Shown here piece by piece: positions 49,170-61,298 of a stretch of DNA of 64,000 nucleotides. A model generated the notes under the pieces. That model saw only the letters and a program-made list of their open reading frames with translations, was not told the origin of the DNA and searched no databases. Numbering within the stretch: position 1 is the stretch's first letter; every line of letters begins with the position of its first letter. Source of the stretch: Peribolospora baueri (Eukaryota); NCBI GenBank assembly GCA_029717555.1, contig JAMDHS010000014.1, positions 124,001-188,000 of the forward strand, in the 5' to 3' direction. A program made the position numbers and the translations under genes.

Positions 49170-49790
49170 GACGAGTGGTGTGAGCGGGGTACGTGTACGA
49201 AGGAAAGCAAGAACGGCTGGCGTGGAGAAGAGGATTACAGGGTGTATGCATGAAGGGAAAGAAACGTCCGTTGGCTCGGAGCAGGTCTGAGCCGGAAATT
49301 TGTTGTCCCGGCGATCGCACGACGCCGTCTTCGCTTCCACCTCCTTCCCACTCGCTGCCGCCCACGACCAACGCGAGTGGAGATTGCCGAGCCGCCGGGG
49401 CTGAGTGCGGTAGAACAAACGAGCAACGCTAGCCGGCCGTCGCTAATACTGATTGATTGCCATGTCTTCCAAGCCTCGCTCGCCAAGTCGGCCGTGCCTG
49501 ACGATCAGATCCCCTCGCCCGGCCGGCGCTAGGCAATCTCTCATCGCCCCCATTCGCACGTCATGGCCACCATGGGCGCCCCCAGAAGCACAAGCCCCCG
49601 GGGCTCCACAAACGGAAGAGATGGGACGGGACGAGATGATACGAGACGAGTAGAGTAGAAGGTTCATAAGGAGGGGACAGGCAGCCCGTGCCCAGATGGA
49701 CGGCCATACCAGCCTGGACCGCCAGCTTCGCTCTTTTCTCTCTCCGCTTTCGGCTCTCGATCCAAGTTCGAGATCGTTGAGTAGCTCGAG

Positions 49791-52700
49791 ATGGTGAGCG
49801 CCGTCATGGACGTCCTTCCTCTTCTTTCTTCTCCTCGCTCATCTTCCCCCTGCGCTCGGTTCTTCACCGCTTCCTTATCCCTCTCACAGGGCTTTACTAA
49901 GTCGCTCACTTTTGCTCTTTCAGCGCTTCTTCTCGCCTCCGAGCCCGCCAGCGTCGTCGCTCACCCCGTCGTTGAGCACGCTGGATTGCAGACTCGGGGC
50001 TCGAACAGCAGCAATGGACCTGGAAATTGTAAGGTTTACCCTCCTGCCCCCTTCCCTTTCATTCGCCGCCCGCATCGGAGATAGGATGATGGACGCATGT
50101 CTTCCGCGTTTCATTCCCAGCTTGGGACCTTGTCGTCGATACCAGTGCCGGGAAACGCTCCTTTTTCGCAGTCGACGTTTTTATCGAGGTAAGCCCCACC
50201 GCACTGCCCTGTCCGCGCGTGCAACTCAAGCTTGTTCTCCCGCTCAACAGACTAACATCAACAGAGGTACTGACGGTGGTCTCTATGGAGAGCTGATCTA
50301 GTAAGTGACGAACAAGCGACAAGGCGTTCTCCATCGGCTGACCCTGCTCGCCGTGTCTCTTCTGTCTTCTCGCAACGAAGCGACCGCGCATTCCAAGGTG
50401 AGCCGGCGAAGTATCTTCGCCCCCTCCTTCACCTGGTTCTCCCCACAGTCTTGCAGAATGTTTCTAACCGCCGTTTGGTCGTCATCGCGCTGCCCTTTTT
50501 TCAGAGTCGACGAACGGAACTGGCCAATCTAACAGCACGGCTCTCGGCGGCGGATCGCTGACCAACTGGAGCTCTATCGCCAACGCTGACGTCTCCGTCA
50601 CCGGCGCTTCCCCTCTCACCTGGGCGCTCCCCAAGAGCGCCTTGGTGGCAGTCACCGAGGAGAGCAACAGCACCGATGTCAAGAGCCGCGCGGGAATCAT
50701 GAACGGAGGTGGGCTCGAGCTGCCCTAGAAGAGCGGCATGCGTCCATTGGCTCATCATTTTCCTGTCCGACCACCCAGGCTTCTTCGGAATCGCCGTTCG
50801 CCCGCAGACGTACATCGGCTCCTTCTTCGCCCGTCTACCGGCATACGCGAAGAACGCCTCCTTGAGCGGACACTTCACCGTCGGACTCTACTCCGCCGAC
50901 CTCAAGACTACCTGGGCCACTGCGGACGTCGATGCCTCCTCTCTCACTCCCAGCGGCGGCTGGCAAAAGTTCAACTATACGCTTCAACCGAAGCAGATCG
51001 CCCCCAACGTCGACAACGTCTTCGCCATCTCTCTCCCCGCCGGTTCAGCCAAGGGGACGAGCGTTCAGTTGAACTTGCTCAGCTTGTTCCCGCCTACGTT
51101 CAAGAAGTGAGCCGTTGCCGTAATGGCTACTCTCTTTGCTTTTGCCGGCCAGGAGGTGGAAGGGAGGACGTTTCTGACCGACGCTCACAATCATCCTCGC
51201 ATCGCAGTCGGCCCAACGGCCTCCGTCAGGATCTCGCGCAGGCGATCGCTGACCTCAAGCCGCAATACATCAGACTACCGGGCGGGAACGAATTGGAGGG
51301 CAACAACATTTCCGACGCGTGAGCGCCTTCATCGAACTCACTCGCGACCGCGTTCCTTCGAACGCGTCCCCTCTCTCTTCTATCGTTCGCGTTGCCATCC
51401 CTTCTGCGTTCTGTTTGGCACAGGTACAACTGGACGGCCACGATCGGACCTCTGGAGCAGCGTCCCGGACGTCCCGCTGTCTGGGTCGGCTGGGACACGG
51501 AAGGACTCGGGCTCATGGACTTGCTGAACGCTGCTGAGGACCTTGGTTCCGAGGCTCTTCTGGGCGTCTACGATGGTCACAGGTGCGCGTGATGCTTGCA
51601 TTCTCGGCGCGATGACGGGAAGACCAGTTTCGGCTAATAGGTGCCGACATCCCTCTTCGTTGGTCGTGTCGACCCTACCAGCCTCGACGGTTCGGCCGTC
51701 CCCAACACCGCTGCGCTCGACCCGTACATCCAGTCCGCCGTCGATGAGCTCCACTTCATCCTCGACCCGCAGGGCTCGAGCGAGTGGGCGAAGCTGCGCG
51801 AGCAGTACGGTAGGGCGGAGCCGTGGAAGTTGAACGTCGTGGAGATTGGCAATGAGGACTGGCTCTGTGAGTGCGCTCGATGGTGATGGGTCGTACGACT
51901 AACGTATGTCAAATTCGGAGCTTCTCACGGTTCGACGCTCGTGTATGCACTTTCCGGTATCGTTGGCAGTCGGAGGTCCGGAGACGTACGGTTACCGCTA
52001 CCAGCATTTCTACGACGCGCTCACCAACGCTTTCCCCAATCTCACCTACATCTCTTGTGAGTTCTCCTTCTCTTCTCCGACGTAGCTTGCTCGCCAAGCA
52101 TGCTGACCGACAGTTGACCGGCACCCGCTTGACTTGGACGTCCAGCATCGCCGTACAACATCACCAAGAACGAGACGCAGGCGATCGACCAGCACGGTGA
52201 GCTTGCCACCAGCGTCACACCATGTCTTCTCTCACCTCTGAGCCGTCATGATACTCATGTCCCTCTCGCTTTTTCCGTCGTTTATGTTTTAAGACTACAA
52301 CACCGTCGCTTGGTTCGAAGAGGCGTACAACCACTTTGACTCTTGGCCTCGCAACGGGACCAACATCTACGAGGTGAGTGAATTGGTGCAATCCAGGGGG
52401 CGCGTGGCCCTGTCCCCCAAAGGGAGGCGCCTTGGCCAGATCGACAAAGTCGTTGACGATGGGGCTTGACACCATTTCCTCTCGGCTATCGATCGCCCCG
52501 AACGGTCAGCTCGAGTTTGCCGTCATCAACTCCAACGCCACCGATCTTTACAACAACGCCCAGCGCTTCCAGATGCCTCGTCTGGATGGCTCCATCTCGG
52601 AGGGTGCGTTTCTAGCGGCACTGCGAGAGAACGAGCGGGAATTGGTATTCTGAGAAGGAGTACGTCCTGGCCTGACGTGGTTGTTCGCTTTGCATCCATC

Positions 52701-53572
52701 CTTCTCGTTTGACCCTCATCCCGGTCTGACAGCCGTGTTCATGTTGGGAGCGGAGAGGTGAGTCGCTCGTATTCCGAATCTCCGCTTCGCTCGTTTTCCC
52801 GCTTTTTCTTAGCCATTCTCCTGAACGATCGCACTTCTCGACCCGCCATACAGGAACGGCGACTTGGTCCACGGAGCCGCCTACGCGCCGCTCTTCCAGA
52901 ACGTCAACTCATCCCAGTGCGTGATGGTCCCATCGCGAACGTGACGTCTGTGTCCCCGTATCGTTCTTGACGACTCGCGTTTGCACCGACGCTCCCTTCA
53001 GGTGGTCGCCGGACCTCGTCACGTTCAACGTGACTAGCCTCGTCAAGTCGACCAGGTGAGCCTGCATGAGCTCCACCTTCTTCGTCAACGCCGTCGTCTG
53101 ACTCTCGATCACGTATACAACGACTACAGTTACTATGTACAGCAGCTGTTCAGCGAGCACATCGTAGACACGGTCTACAACGTCACCGACACGAGTGGCA
53201 AGAAGGCCAGTCCGATCTACTGGTCCGCCGGCTCCATCGGCGGAAAACAACACGTCCTCAAGGTGAGTCATTAGGCCGTGACGCGCTGATCTGTCTGTCC
53301 CCTTTCTCACTCCAACGGCCGGCGTCCCCATCCCCATCCTCATCCAGCTCGCAAACACCAACGCTACGACCCAATCCGTCACCTTCACCATCCATGGCCT
53401 CTCATCCACCTCTACGGGTACCCTTTGGACGTTGTCGGGCGAGGCGACGGCGTCGAACACGCTCGAGCACCCCGATGTCGTCGTGCCGGTGCAAGGCAGC
53501 GTGGCAGTGCAGAACGGTAAGGCCCAGATCGAAGTGCCTGGTTACGCGTTCGTGATCGCCAGCTTCCAGTGA
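49791..53572 (+). CDS. Secreted GH51 alpha-L-arabinofuranosidase, many exons
   Basis: Signal peptide; ETNINRGTDGGLYGELIYDRAFQ; LLSLFPPTFK; RPNGLRQDLAQAIADLKPQYIRLPGGNELEG; VEIGNED (acid/base); LEFA (probable nucleophile); ERNGDLVHGAAYAPLF. Confidence 0.92.
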
Positions 53573-54542
53573 GCTCGGTCCGGGTCGGTTTGGTTCGATG
53601 TCGTAGAGTTGGATCGAGGTACTGGGTTCGGACGGTTCGGTACTGGTTCGTTTGGTGCGGACGTTCGATGTGGATATATGACTGGCTCGGTCGTTCCAAC
53701 TTCCATGGACGAGCTCTGTGCCCGGGATGGGAAAACGGATGAAGGACGCCTGGAATGTAACATCGGCCTTTTAAAATCCCACGAGTTGGCGCCGATTGAC
53801 TGCGAAAAGAAATCTCCCTCATCTCGTTCTCGAATGACGAAAACCAACCGTCGAAAACGGAGACGGCCCGTGCGCTCGCCGCAGTTTACTACTGCACCCG
53901 TGACATGGGCCGGTCATATTTGGACGGCACTGGGACGACCACTGTCTCCTCCGCTTCACCGAGCTCCAACCTCTTCAAAGTCTCGTGCGGTCGCTTTCTT
54001 CGGGCCATGTGACGCGCCAATCCTGTACGCACTGTATCTACGCGGACCGTCCTCGTGAGCTCACGACGCCCTCTCGGGTGAGGAAGGCATGGGTCATGCC
54101 ATGCATGAAGAGCTCGCGCGGACGGGCGCCCAAACGATCCGGCGCTTCTCAACAAGAGCGCGGTAGAAGGATTGCATGGTGAGCTGTGCGACTCGACTGA
54201 CAGCATACTGTGCCTCCAACGATGCGCAGGATCCGTCTCCGAGGTCCCAAAACCTGGATGTTAGTCGAGCCCGTGGCGGCCGTCCGCTCGTCCACGCTCA
54301 AGACTCGGAATCTGCCCCAAGCTCGTCACGTGGCCGTATGGCACTCTAAGGGCGTATGGGCATTGCCGAAAAGGTGGTAACACTCAGCCTGAAAAAGATA
54401 GCTATTTCGGATCGTGAATTCACCTATATTCGGACGACGACGTCCTTTTCCCGAGCATGCACACACAGCCCAACGTCGAGAGCCAACAAGGTAGAGTGCG
54501 GCAGAAGGAAAGGGCACGGTGCAAAATCTCATGCCTCTGCTT

Positions 54543-55189
54543 TCATTCCTTGGTGGCATCACCTTTGTACTCCCGAGGAACATTCAGGCCTACTCGTCGT
54601 GCCGTCGCCGCGATCCGTTCCTCTGGCGTCTGCGAGTGGAGTGGATTGTATCTCTCAAGGAGTTCCTGCAGGGAAGAAGAGCGAGACGAGCAGGGTGGGG
54701 GAAACGGCCGGCCGAGGCAGAACCAAACGAGCAGGTGATCATGTCATGCCATAGACCGGTGCATTGGACCAGAATGCAATGCAATTTAAGAGAACCGCAG
54801 ACAGAGATAAAAATTAGGAGATGTCAGCCTCGATTCAATAGGCAACGTCCTCAAGGCTCCGCCCATCAGGTCTCGAACGCACCTGATGAAGTCGCTTAGA
54901 CCTTAAGAACGTGAGCAGGTTCTCTGCATCCTTCCTCAACGCCTCGGCCTTGCGAGCGCCTTCCGCGGTAGCGAGGTCCAGGCCCCGGTGAGCCGTGTAG
55001 TGGGAGCGAAGATGGTCGGCCAAGACAGAGGGGCGCTTGGATCGAGGAGCGACGGACTGGGCCCAAACGATGACGACCATGGCATGTTCAGCCGGACGGA
55101 AAGCAAAGACAACTCGTATCCATGGAGCTCACCTGCCTCCTTATCTCTCGCAGGGTGGCCCTGTAAGTGGAGACGACCGGGTTGGACAT
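54543..55189 (-). CDS. FMC1: Mitochondrial ATP synthase assembly factor Fmc1 (LYR-like); 3 exons
   Basis: Spliced: MSNPVVSTYRATLREIRRQ / SVAPRSKR...DAENLLTFLRSKRLHQ / ELLERYNPLHSQTPEERIAATARRVGLNVP...KE*. Only partly visible in the ORF track. Confidence 0.85.
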
Positions 55190-55653
55190 GATGGAGCGGC
55201 CGTCGACGTCGAGTTGGAACTCAAGCCAGCGTCCCTTCGCACGCGGTTGAGTCGGGCAGGATGACTTGCTGCGGCATCGACATCACGTGCAGGGCTGCCG
55301 ACCATGAGGGCGATCGACTGACTGGCCACATCTCTCCGCCTCCACGCCATCATATCCCCCAAACCCTTCCATTCGCTTCTCACAATCTCTTCTCCATTCC
55401 CTCCTCCTCCTCCTATTGTAGCGTTTCCCGAGTGCTAGAGCTCGGTTGTTTTTACCCAGTCTGTTGGAGCCCTTTTCTCGCCTGACTGGCGATCGGCCTC
55501 TGACACCAGTTTGGCCACCATCGCTGCCTTCCGACTCTCCGGGCGCAATCGCTCGAACCAGCTCGGCTCGGACACACGCCTCCTGCCCTGTGCTCTCTGA
55601 CGAACCGGAGCTACCAATCTCCGCAACTCCTTTTCTCCTTCCATCTGCCCACC

Positions 55654-56690
55654 ATGTCCTGGACATCATGGCTCGTCGGCAAACGCGACGCCCGGAACCA
55701 GGCCCGCGAGGCCATCGTCGGCCTGCAGCAGCAGCTCCTCGTTTTGGCGAAGAAAGAGGAGCACCTGAACAAGAAGATTGCAGAGGAACAGAAGAAGGCC
55801 GCGGCGAATGCTTCTACGAACAAGCGAGGTGGGTGTCGGCGGGTATAGTAAAACCTTTGGGGAAGCTCGTCAATGGCGGAGGGGTCTCACCGCTGCTCCT
55901 TCGATGGCTCACCTTTTCCGTCCGTCATCTCTTTCCCCTCCAGTGGCCATGGCGGCGCTGCGGCAGAAGAAAGTGTTTGAACAGCAACTAGAGCAACTGG
56001 CCAAGACGCGGCTCACGCTTGAGACGCAGTCGAACGCCATTGAGAATGCCAACTTGAACCTCGAGACGATGAAGGCGATGCGCTCCGGCGCTGATGCGCT
56101 CAGGGGGATTCATGGAAGTCTGTGGGTATCTTTCTATGTCGGCGGATCATATGGTTTTCGTCTTGGCGTTCCGTGTTCTCTCGCCTTCTCTGTGACGTCC
56201 GGGGCCAAGGCGAAGATCTGACATTTTTCTTTTCATCTCACTATGCCACCCTCCCTTCTCCCAACCGACAGCAACATCGACAAAGTGGATGCGACTATGG
56301 ACAGCATCAAGGAGCAGATGGATCTTACCAACGAGATCTCCGAAGCCATCTCGAACCCTGTCGGTATGGGCCAAGATCTGGACGAGGTGCGTGCGGTGTT
56401 GGCCGCTTGTGTCCGTTCGTCCATTCTCGTCACTCCAGTTTCACCCTTTCTTATACGAGATCTCTCTCTGTTCCGTCCTGTCGCAACAGGAGGAGCTGCG
56501 CAACGAGCTGGAAGAGTTGGAACAGGAAGAGCTCAACGCTCGACTTATTGGCGCCGATGCCGTGCCCGTGCACTCCCCGTCGCCCGTCGTCAACAGCGCC
56601 GAGCGTGCGAGAAATCTGCCACAGCAGCAGGAGGTGGAGGACGACGATGATGCAGAGTTGAGGAAGTTGCAGGCCGAGTTGGCTATGTGA
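55654..56690 (+). CDS. SNF7: ESCRT-III subunit Snf7/Vps32; 4 exons
   Basis: AREAIVGLQQQL..LAKKEEHL; AMAALRQKKVFEQQLEQL; LETQSNAIENANLNLETM; IDKVDATMD; EELRNELEELEQEEL; ELRKLQAELAM*. Confidence 0.95.
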
Positions 56691-57411
56691 TCTGCGCGAT
56701 CGTGTCGTGCTGGGATCGTAGAGCGGGCAGGGAGGGAGGGTATGTGCCCTCGGTGTTTGTTCGATGCTCTTTGGCCGGAGACATTTTTGGGCCTGGTCTT
56801 CGCGGGTGGCGCGGAGGAGTGGCTACGTCGTCTAGTAGAGACTCTACATCGTAGCCGTCATCTATCTCCTGCCCCTCTCCCTTCCATTGACTTTGTCTCT
56901 CTCTCTCTCTTTTTTTTCGCCTTTCTTCCTCCTCACATTTCCCAATATTCACCCTTCTTCTACCACGTCTTTTCTTTCCTCGTGCTGTGTTTTAAGCGTC
57001 GTTGGCTCGCTTGCTCATGTAATGATAGGCTGGGAAGGCAAAGGTGCTCCCTTCCCTTTTTCTTCCCACTTTCGTCTCAACCGTTCACGTTAATCCGCGT
57101 TCAAAAATCGTCTGACAGTCGTTCTAGGAAATCGCGTCGTTCTCTCGGAAGACGGAACAGCTTGCCATCTCCCACTGTCCGAACTTTGGTCTCTCTTATC
57201 GTAATCGTCCAGGGCAATCCTCCCGGCTACCGCCCGGCTTGACTCGTTCCTGGACACCCACCCGTACTGTCCAACCACATTGTCCTCCTATTCCGCGATG
57301 TGAAGAACCCGGAAACGTCTTGGGGTGCTGCGGATACCCTCTAAGATCGTCGATTCAGCTGGATATACAAGTTGACGTTCTTGCCTCTAGATATTGACTT
57401 TACGGGACGTC

Positions 57412-59127
57412 TCAGAGCTGCACGCTCGCCAGGACTCTCCTGAGCGCTTGATCTGCCATCGGCACCCAAAACCAGCCGCCGTCAGCGTCACCCGCGTCCC
57501 CTCCCCCATCTCCCTCCGCCACCGCGGCCGTGCCGGGCCCGGGGCCGTAAGCGAGGACGACGAGTCCGTGGTCTCTGAACTCGACGAGCAGCGACCTGAA
57601 CTGGTGCTCGCTCGTCGCCAAAAACTGCTCCTTGGCAACGCGCAACAGCGAGGCGTACGAGACCGCGTGAGCCGGAATGTCCCCTCCGTCCGCACCCGCT
57701 ATACCCGTGACCCTGCTGTCGACATCGCCGTCGCGGCCGTCGTGTTGCCCACCCGCCGGCGCCGGCGCCGCGGCAGACTCGAGCTGAGCTGTGGCAAGGC
57801 GCACGAAGAGGTTCTTTGCCTTGCGTGTGACGCTACGGAGAATATGAGACGCCGCGTCCTCTCCGATGACCTGGTTCCCCACGCCTCCCGCCGCGGGGTG
57901 AAAAGCATGGCCTGCTGCTGAAGCGGTGCCGGGGACGTGGGAGGAGATGGAAAAGCTGGAGCGGACGGAGTAGGCGGCGGAGACAAGTGAGTGATCGAAA
58001 GAGGAGAAGGAGAGCTCGTAGGTGTAGGGAAGCAAGGTCGTTAGGTCGTGATAGAGAAAGTTGAACCCCGGACTGGCCTCAAGCACGTCGACGACGCCGG
58101 GAGAGCCCCCGCCGTCCGCTTCGCTTTCCTCCTCCTCGCGGGATTGCGTCCTCGTGGAGCCTCTCGCAAGCGCCTCTGGCCCGAACATGAGCGGCGCATT
58201 TATGTGGTCGACGCTGACGAGGAGGTGGATATGCGGGCATGAAGCGAGGAGAGAAAAGATGGCCTGTGCCCGCGTCGTGCGCAGGGACGGGGAGTCTATG
58301 TTGTGAACGACAATAAATAGCTTGCGAGGTTTGGCTTGAGCATGAGCCTTGACTACGAAGGAGTGGGAGGGGAAGTGTGGCTGAGAGGCGAAGTAGTGGT
58401 GGATGCGCCTCGCTCGCGTCTCTAAGGGACCAGCGGGAACAGCCGAGTTGCCTAGCCTTGAAACTCGCTCCTCGATGGCGTGGAGGACGTCTTTGATGGT
58501 CAATCCCGGAAAACATCCGTCAGCAACCACGACATCACCCAGTCTCCTGGCAACTTTGGTGGCGTAGGAATTGAGGACCTTGCGCTTGCTTCCGACGCCG
58601 AAGAAGACGAGGTTGAAGCCAGCGAGCAGCTCGGCCGTCCAGCCGTGGAAACGCGCCTCGTGACTTGCGAGAAGTTCTTTTGTTTCGGAGGCATGCTTGG
58701 TGCGCAGCGCGCGGGAGCCTTCAAGGGCGTCGCGCGTTTGAGCGGCGGTCAGAGGCGCCAAGGACTGGGTGATGCGGGCGTCGGAGGTGGGGCAGGGGCG
58801 AGAGTGGGCGAGGATATAAGCGTCAGACGACGATGGGCGAATGAACGGCCGTGAGGGGACATAGTCGCCGGCGAGCGCCTTGAGGCGCTTTAATGCAGGC
58901 GTGGAAGGCCCAGCGCTCATTCCATAGCCGTCGTCTTCCTCGGCCGACTCGTCGTTGACATCTCCCTCCACTTCCGGTCCGCTGCTCTCCTCATCTTCAT
59001 CCCCTGCGGCTTGGGCGGCGAGGGCGGGAGGCGCAATTTTGCGTCCTCTCGGAGCCCGCTTCGCCTCGGAGTACGTGTTCGGCCGTTGTGTGGGCCTTTC
59101 GGACCGGCGGGTCGCTGGAGACGACAT
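57412..59127 (-). CDS. ORC2: Origin recognition complex subunit 2, apparently intronless
   Basis: LLAGFNLVFFGVGSKRKVL, FIVVHNIDSPSLR, IHLLVSVDHINAPL, FNFLYHDLTTLLPY, FRSLLVEFRDHGL. Confidence 0.93.
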   Translation of the reverse strand: MSSPATRRSERPTQRPNTYSEAKRAPRGRKIAPPALAAQAAGDEDEESSGPEVEGDVNDESAEEDDGYGMSAGPSTPALKRLKALAGDYVPSRPFIRPSSSDAYILAHSRPCPTSDARITQSLAPLTAAQTRDALEGSRALRTKHASETKELLASHEARFHGWTAELLAGFNLVFFGVGSKRKVLNSYATKVARRLGDVVVADGCFPGLTIKDVLHAIEERVSRLGNSAVPAGPLETRARRIHHYFASQPHFPSHSFVVKAHAQAKPRKLFIVVHNIDSPSLRTTRAQAIFSLLASCPHIHLLVSVDHINAPLMFGPEALARGSTRTQSREEEESEADGGGSPGVVDVLEASPGFNFLYHDLTTLLPYTYELSFSSFDHSLVSAAYSVRSSFSISSHVPGTASAAGHAFHPAAGGVGNQVIGEDAASHILRSVTRKAKNLFVRLATAQLESAAAPAPAGGQHDGRDGDVDSRVTGIAGADGGDIPAHAVSYASLLRVAKEQFLATSEHQFRSLLVEFRDHGLVVLAYGPGPGTAAVAEGDGGGDAGDADGGWFWVPMADQALRRVLASVQL

Positions 59128-59499
59128 GGTCCGAGGTGCTGGGCTGGTCGATGGAGATGGAGATGGAGCGCGCGATGTGCGTCAAAGGATGATTAGCCGA
59201 CCGTCTGGCCGCTAGCCTAGGGGCTCCTTCAAGTCTGTCCACTGCTGCCTCATCTTTCTACGCACCGTACCCAGATCAGCGCTGTCTCCTTGTTGACATC
59301 CCCCTCGCCGTGTCGCGATCTCGATCTCGACGATATTAATATTTCATCTACACGCTTCGCGTCGGCACGCACGAGGCAACGGCAAGACCGTGGGAAGCAC
59401 TTACGTAATACGCAGCGTCGAGAGCGGGTGTACGTTCGTTCACCTCATTCTTCCAGCCAACGTTGAGTTTGTTCTTCTCCCAAGCGGCCACTCGCGATC

Positions 59500-60872
59500 A
59501 TGCTCTCGTCCTTGTCTCGGGCGCCCACCCGATTGCTCCGCACAGGGGCGTTCAGTGTTGAACCAGGACCGCCTCCACGCCGCCTCGCTTCGACCATCGC
59601 CGCCGGCGGTGCCGCCTCGCCTTCGGACTACTGTCGCTCGCTCGTCTCGTCGAAGGACTACGAGGCCCACCTGCTCTCCTACTTCTACCCTTCCTGGGCC
59701 AGAGATGGTTATTACTCGCTGAGGGCGCTCAACGTTGAGCTTGCGACGATCAAGGAGAACGTGAGTTCGGAGATGATCGGCAGGATGAGAATGCAATTTT
59801 GGAGGGACGCCGTCAAATCTGCGTTCGAGGTGAGCTGGCAAGACGCACAATGCATTTGCGAGTGCCTGTCATCCAGGCAGCGGGTTCATGGGATCTTTAT
59901 CCACCTTGCGTCTGGCTGCGCTCAGGGAAGGCCTCCATCCCACCCAGTGGCTTTGGCGCTGGCCAAGGCGATCCACGACCCCCGCAGCCGATTGCAGCAG
60001 TTCCACTTCAAACGACTGATAGACGCTCGTGTGAGAGGCGCAGTCTCGTCCTGATGTCGAAACACGACATTGTGATCATATCTAGTCGTCCTGACTCTGT
60101 TCGCTTTGCTCAGGAAAAAGACCTCGCTTCGAGCACTGCACCGCCAACGTCGGAATCTATCGAATCCTACTCCGAATCCACAGCCTCTACGCTCCTCTAC
60201 GCGCAGCTTTCCCTGCTCTCCCTCTCCTCGTCGACATATGACCACGCAGCGTCGCATTTGGGAAAAGCCATAGGCATCGTCACACTCCTCCGTTCCCTCC
60301 CCTTTCACCTCGATCCCTCCCGCTTTTCTTCCTCTCACCCACCGCCGAGCTCCCGTCGTGGCTCCACCGGTTCCATGACCGGCCCGAGCACCGGCGGAAG
60401 GGGGGAGCGGAAGCTGGTGCTTCCTGTGGAGTTTTGCGCAAAGCATGGCGTGGTGCAGGAAGAGGTATTCCGAAAGGGTCCCGAGGCGAAGGGCTTGAGG
60501 GACGCCGTGTTCGAAACGGCCACGCTCGCCAATGATCATCTTATCACCGCTAGGAGTTTCTTCAAGGAGGCCAGGGAGGGAAAGCCAGAGCGGAAGATTG
60601 ACGAAGAGGTTTTACCCGTCCTCCTCGCTGCTGTGAGTGGTCGCCATTCCCTTGAATCTCCTCGACAGCCCGTCCGATCCGAGGGTCGCAAGCTCACGCG
60701 CTGGCACCCCTACCTCGTCTGTACCCCATCCGTCACCCAGGTACCAGCCCAGTCCTACCTGACCCGACTCGAGGCGGCCGACTTTCATCCCTTCGAGCCG
60801 AGTCTGAACAGGGCGAGGTACTGGAAGCTGCCATGGCAAGTTTGGACGGCCGTCCGGCGGAGGGAGGTGTAA
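59500..60872 (+). CDS. NDUFAF6: Complex I assembly factor NDUFAF6 (squalene/phytoene synthase-like); 4 exons
   Basis: Arg-rich mitochondrial presequence; YCRSLVSSKDYE; LRALNVELA; IGRMRMQFWRDAV; PPSHPVA; ESYSESTASTLLY; HAASHLGKAIGI. Confidence 0.9.
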
Positions 60873-61298
60873 AACGCGAGAGCGGTAGAAATTGTGGGAG
60901 GATCGGATGGGGAGGTTGTGTTCGTCAGTGGTGGTTTGTGTCACTCATTCGTCTGTGTAGTTTCGCCCTTTGGAGCTACTCTGGTGAAGAGACTTCACTG
61001 GCGGAACGGAGCCGATGGACGAGGAAAGCCGGGAAGGAGCCGTCCAGACGAACTTAGAGAAACGTGCGTTCGGAAAGCGTTGGAAAGGGTGTTCATTGCG
61101 GACAACGGAGGGAAAGGGACGGGGGAGGTGTGAAGGGATGACGGTGAGGATCTATGTACTGCTATGAACCAGTAACTGACGGCTGAGGTCGCCTGATGGG
61201 GACGGGATCGTCCCACTGAGCTCGTCGACCTGAATGCTCCTCTTCGAACGAGGCTCGAGAACCGCTCGCCGCGCTCCTATCCTACTTATTCAACAGCA

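Noticed and set aside
59500..60872. Phytoene/squalene synthase implying a terpenoid cluster
   Set aside because: The motifs and mitochondrial presequence fit NDUFAF6; DDxxD catalytic motifs are absent and the neighbours are housekeeping genes.
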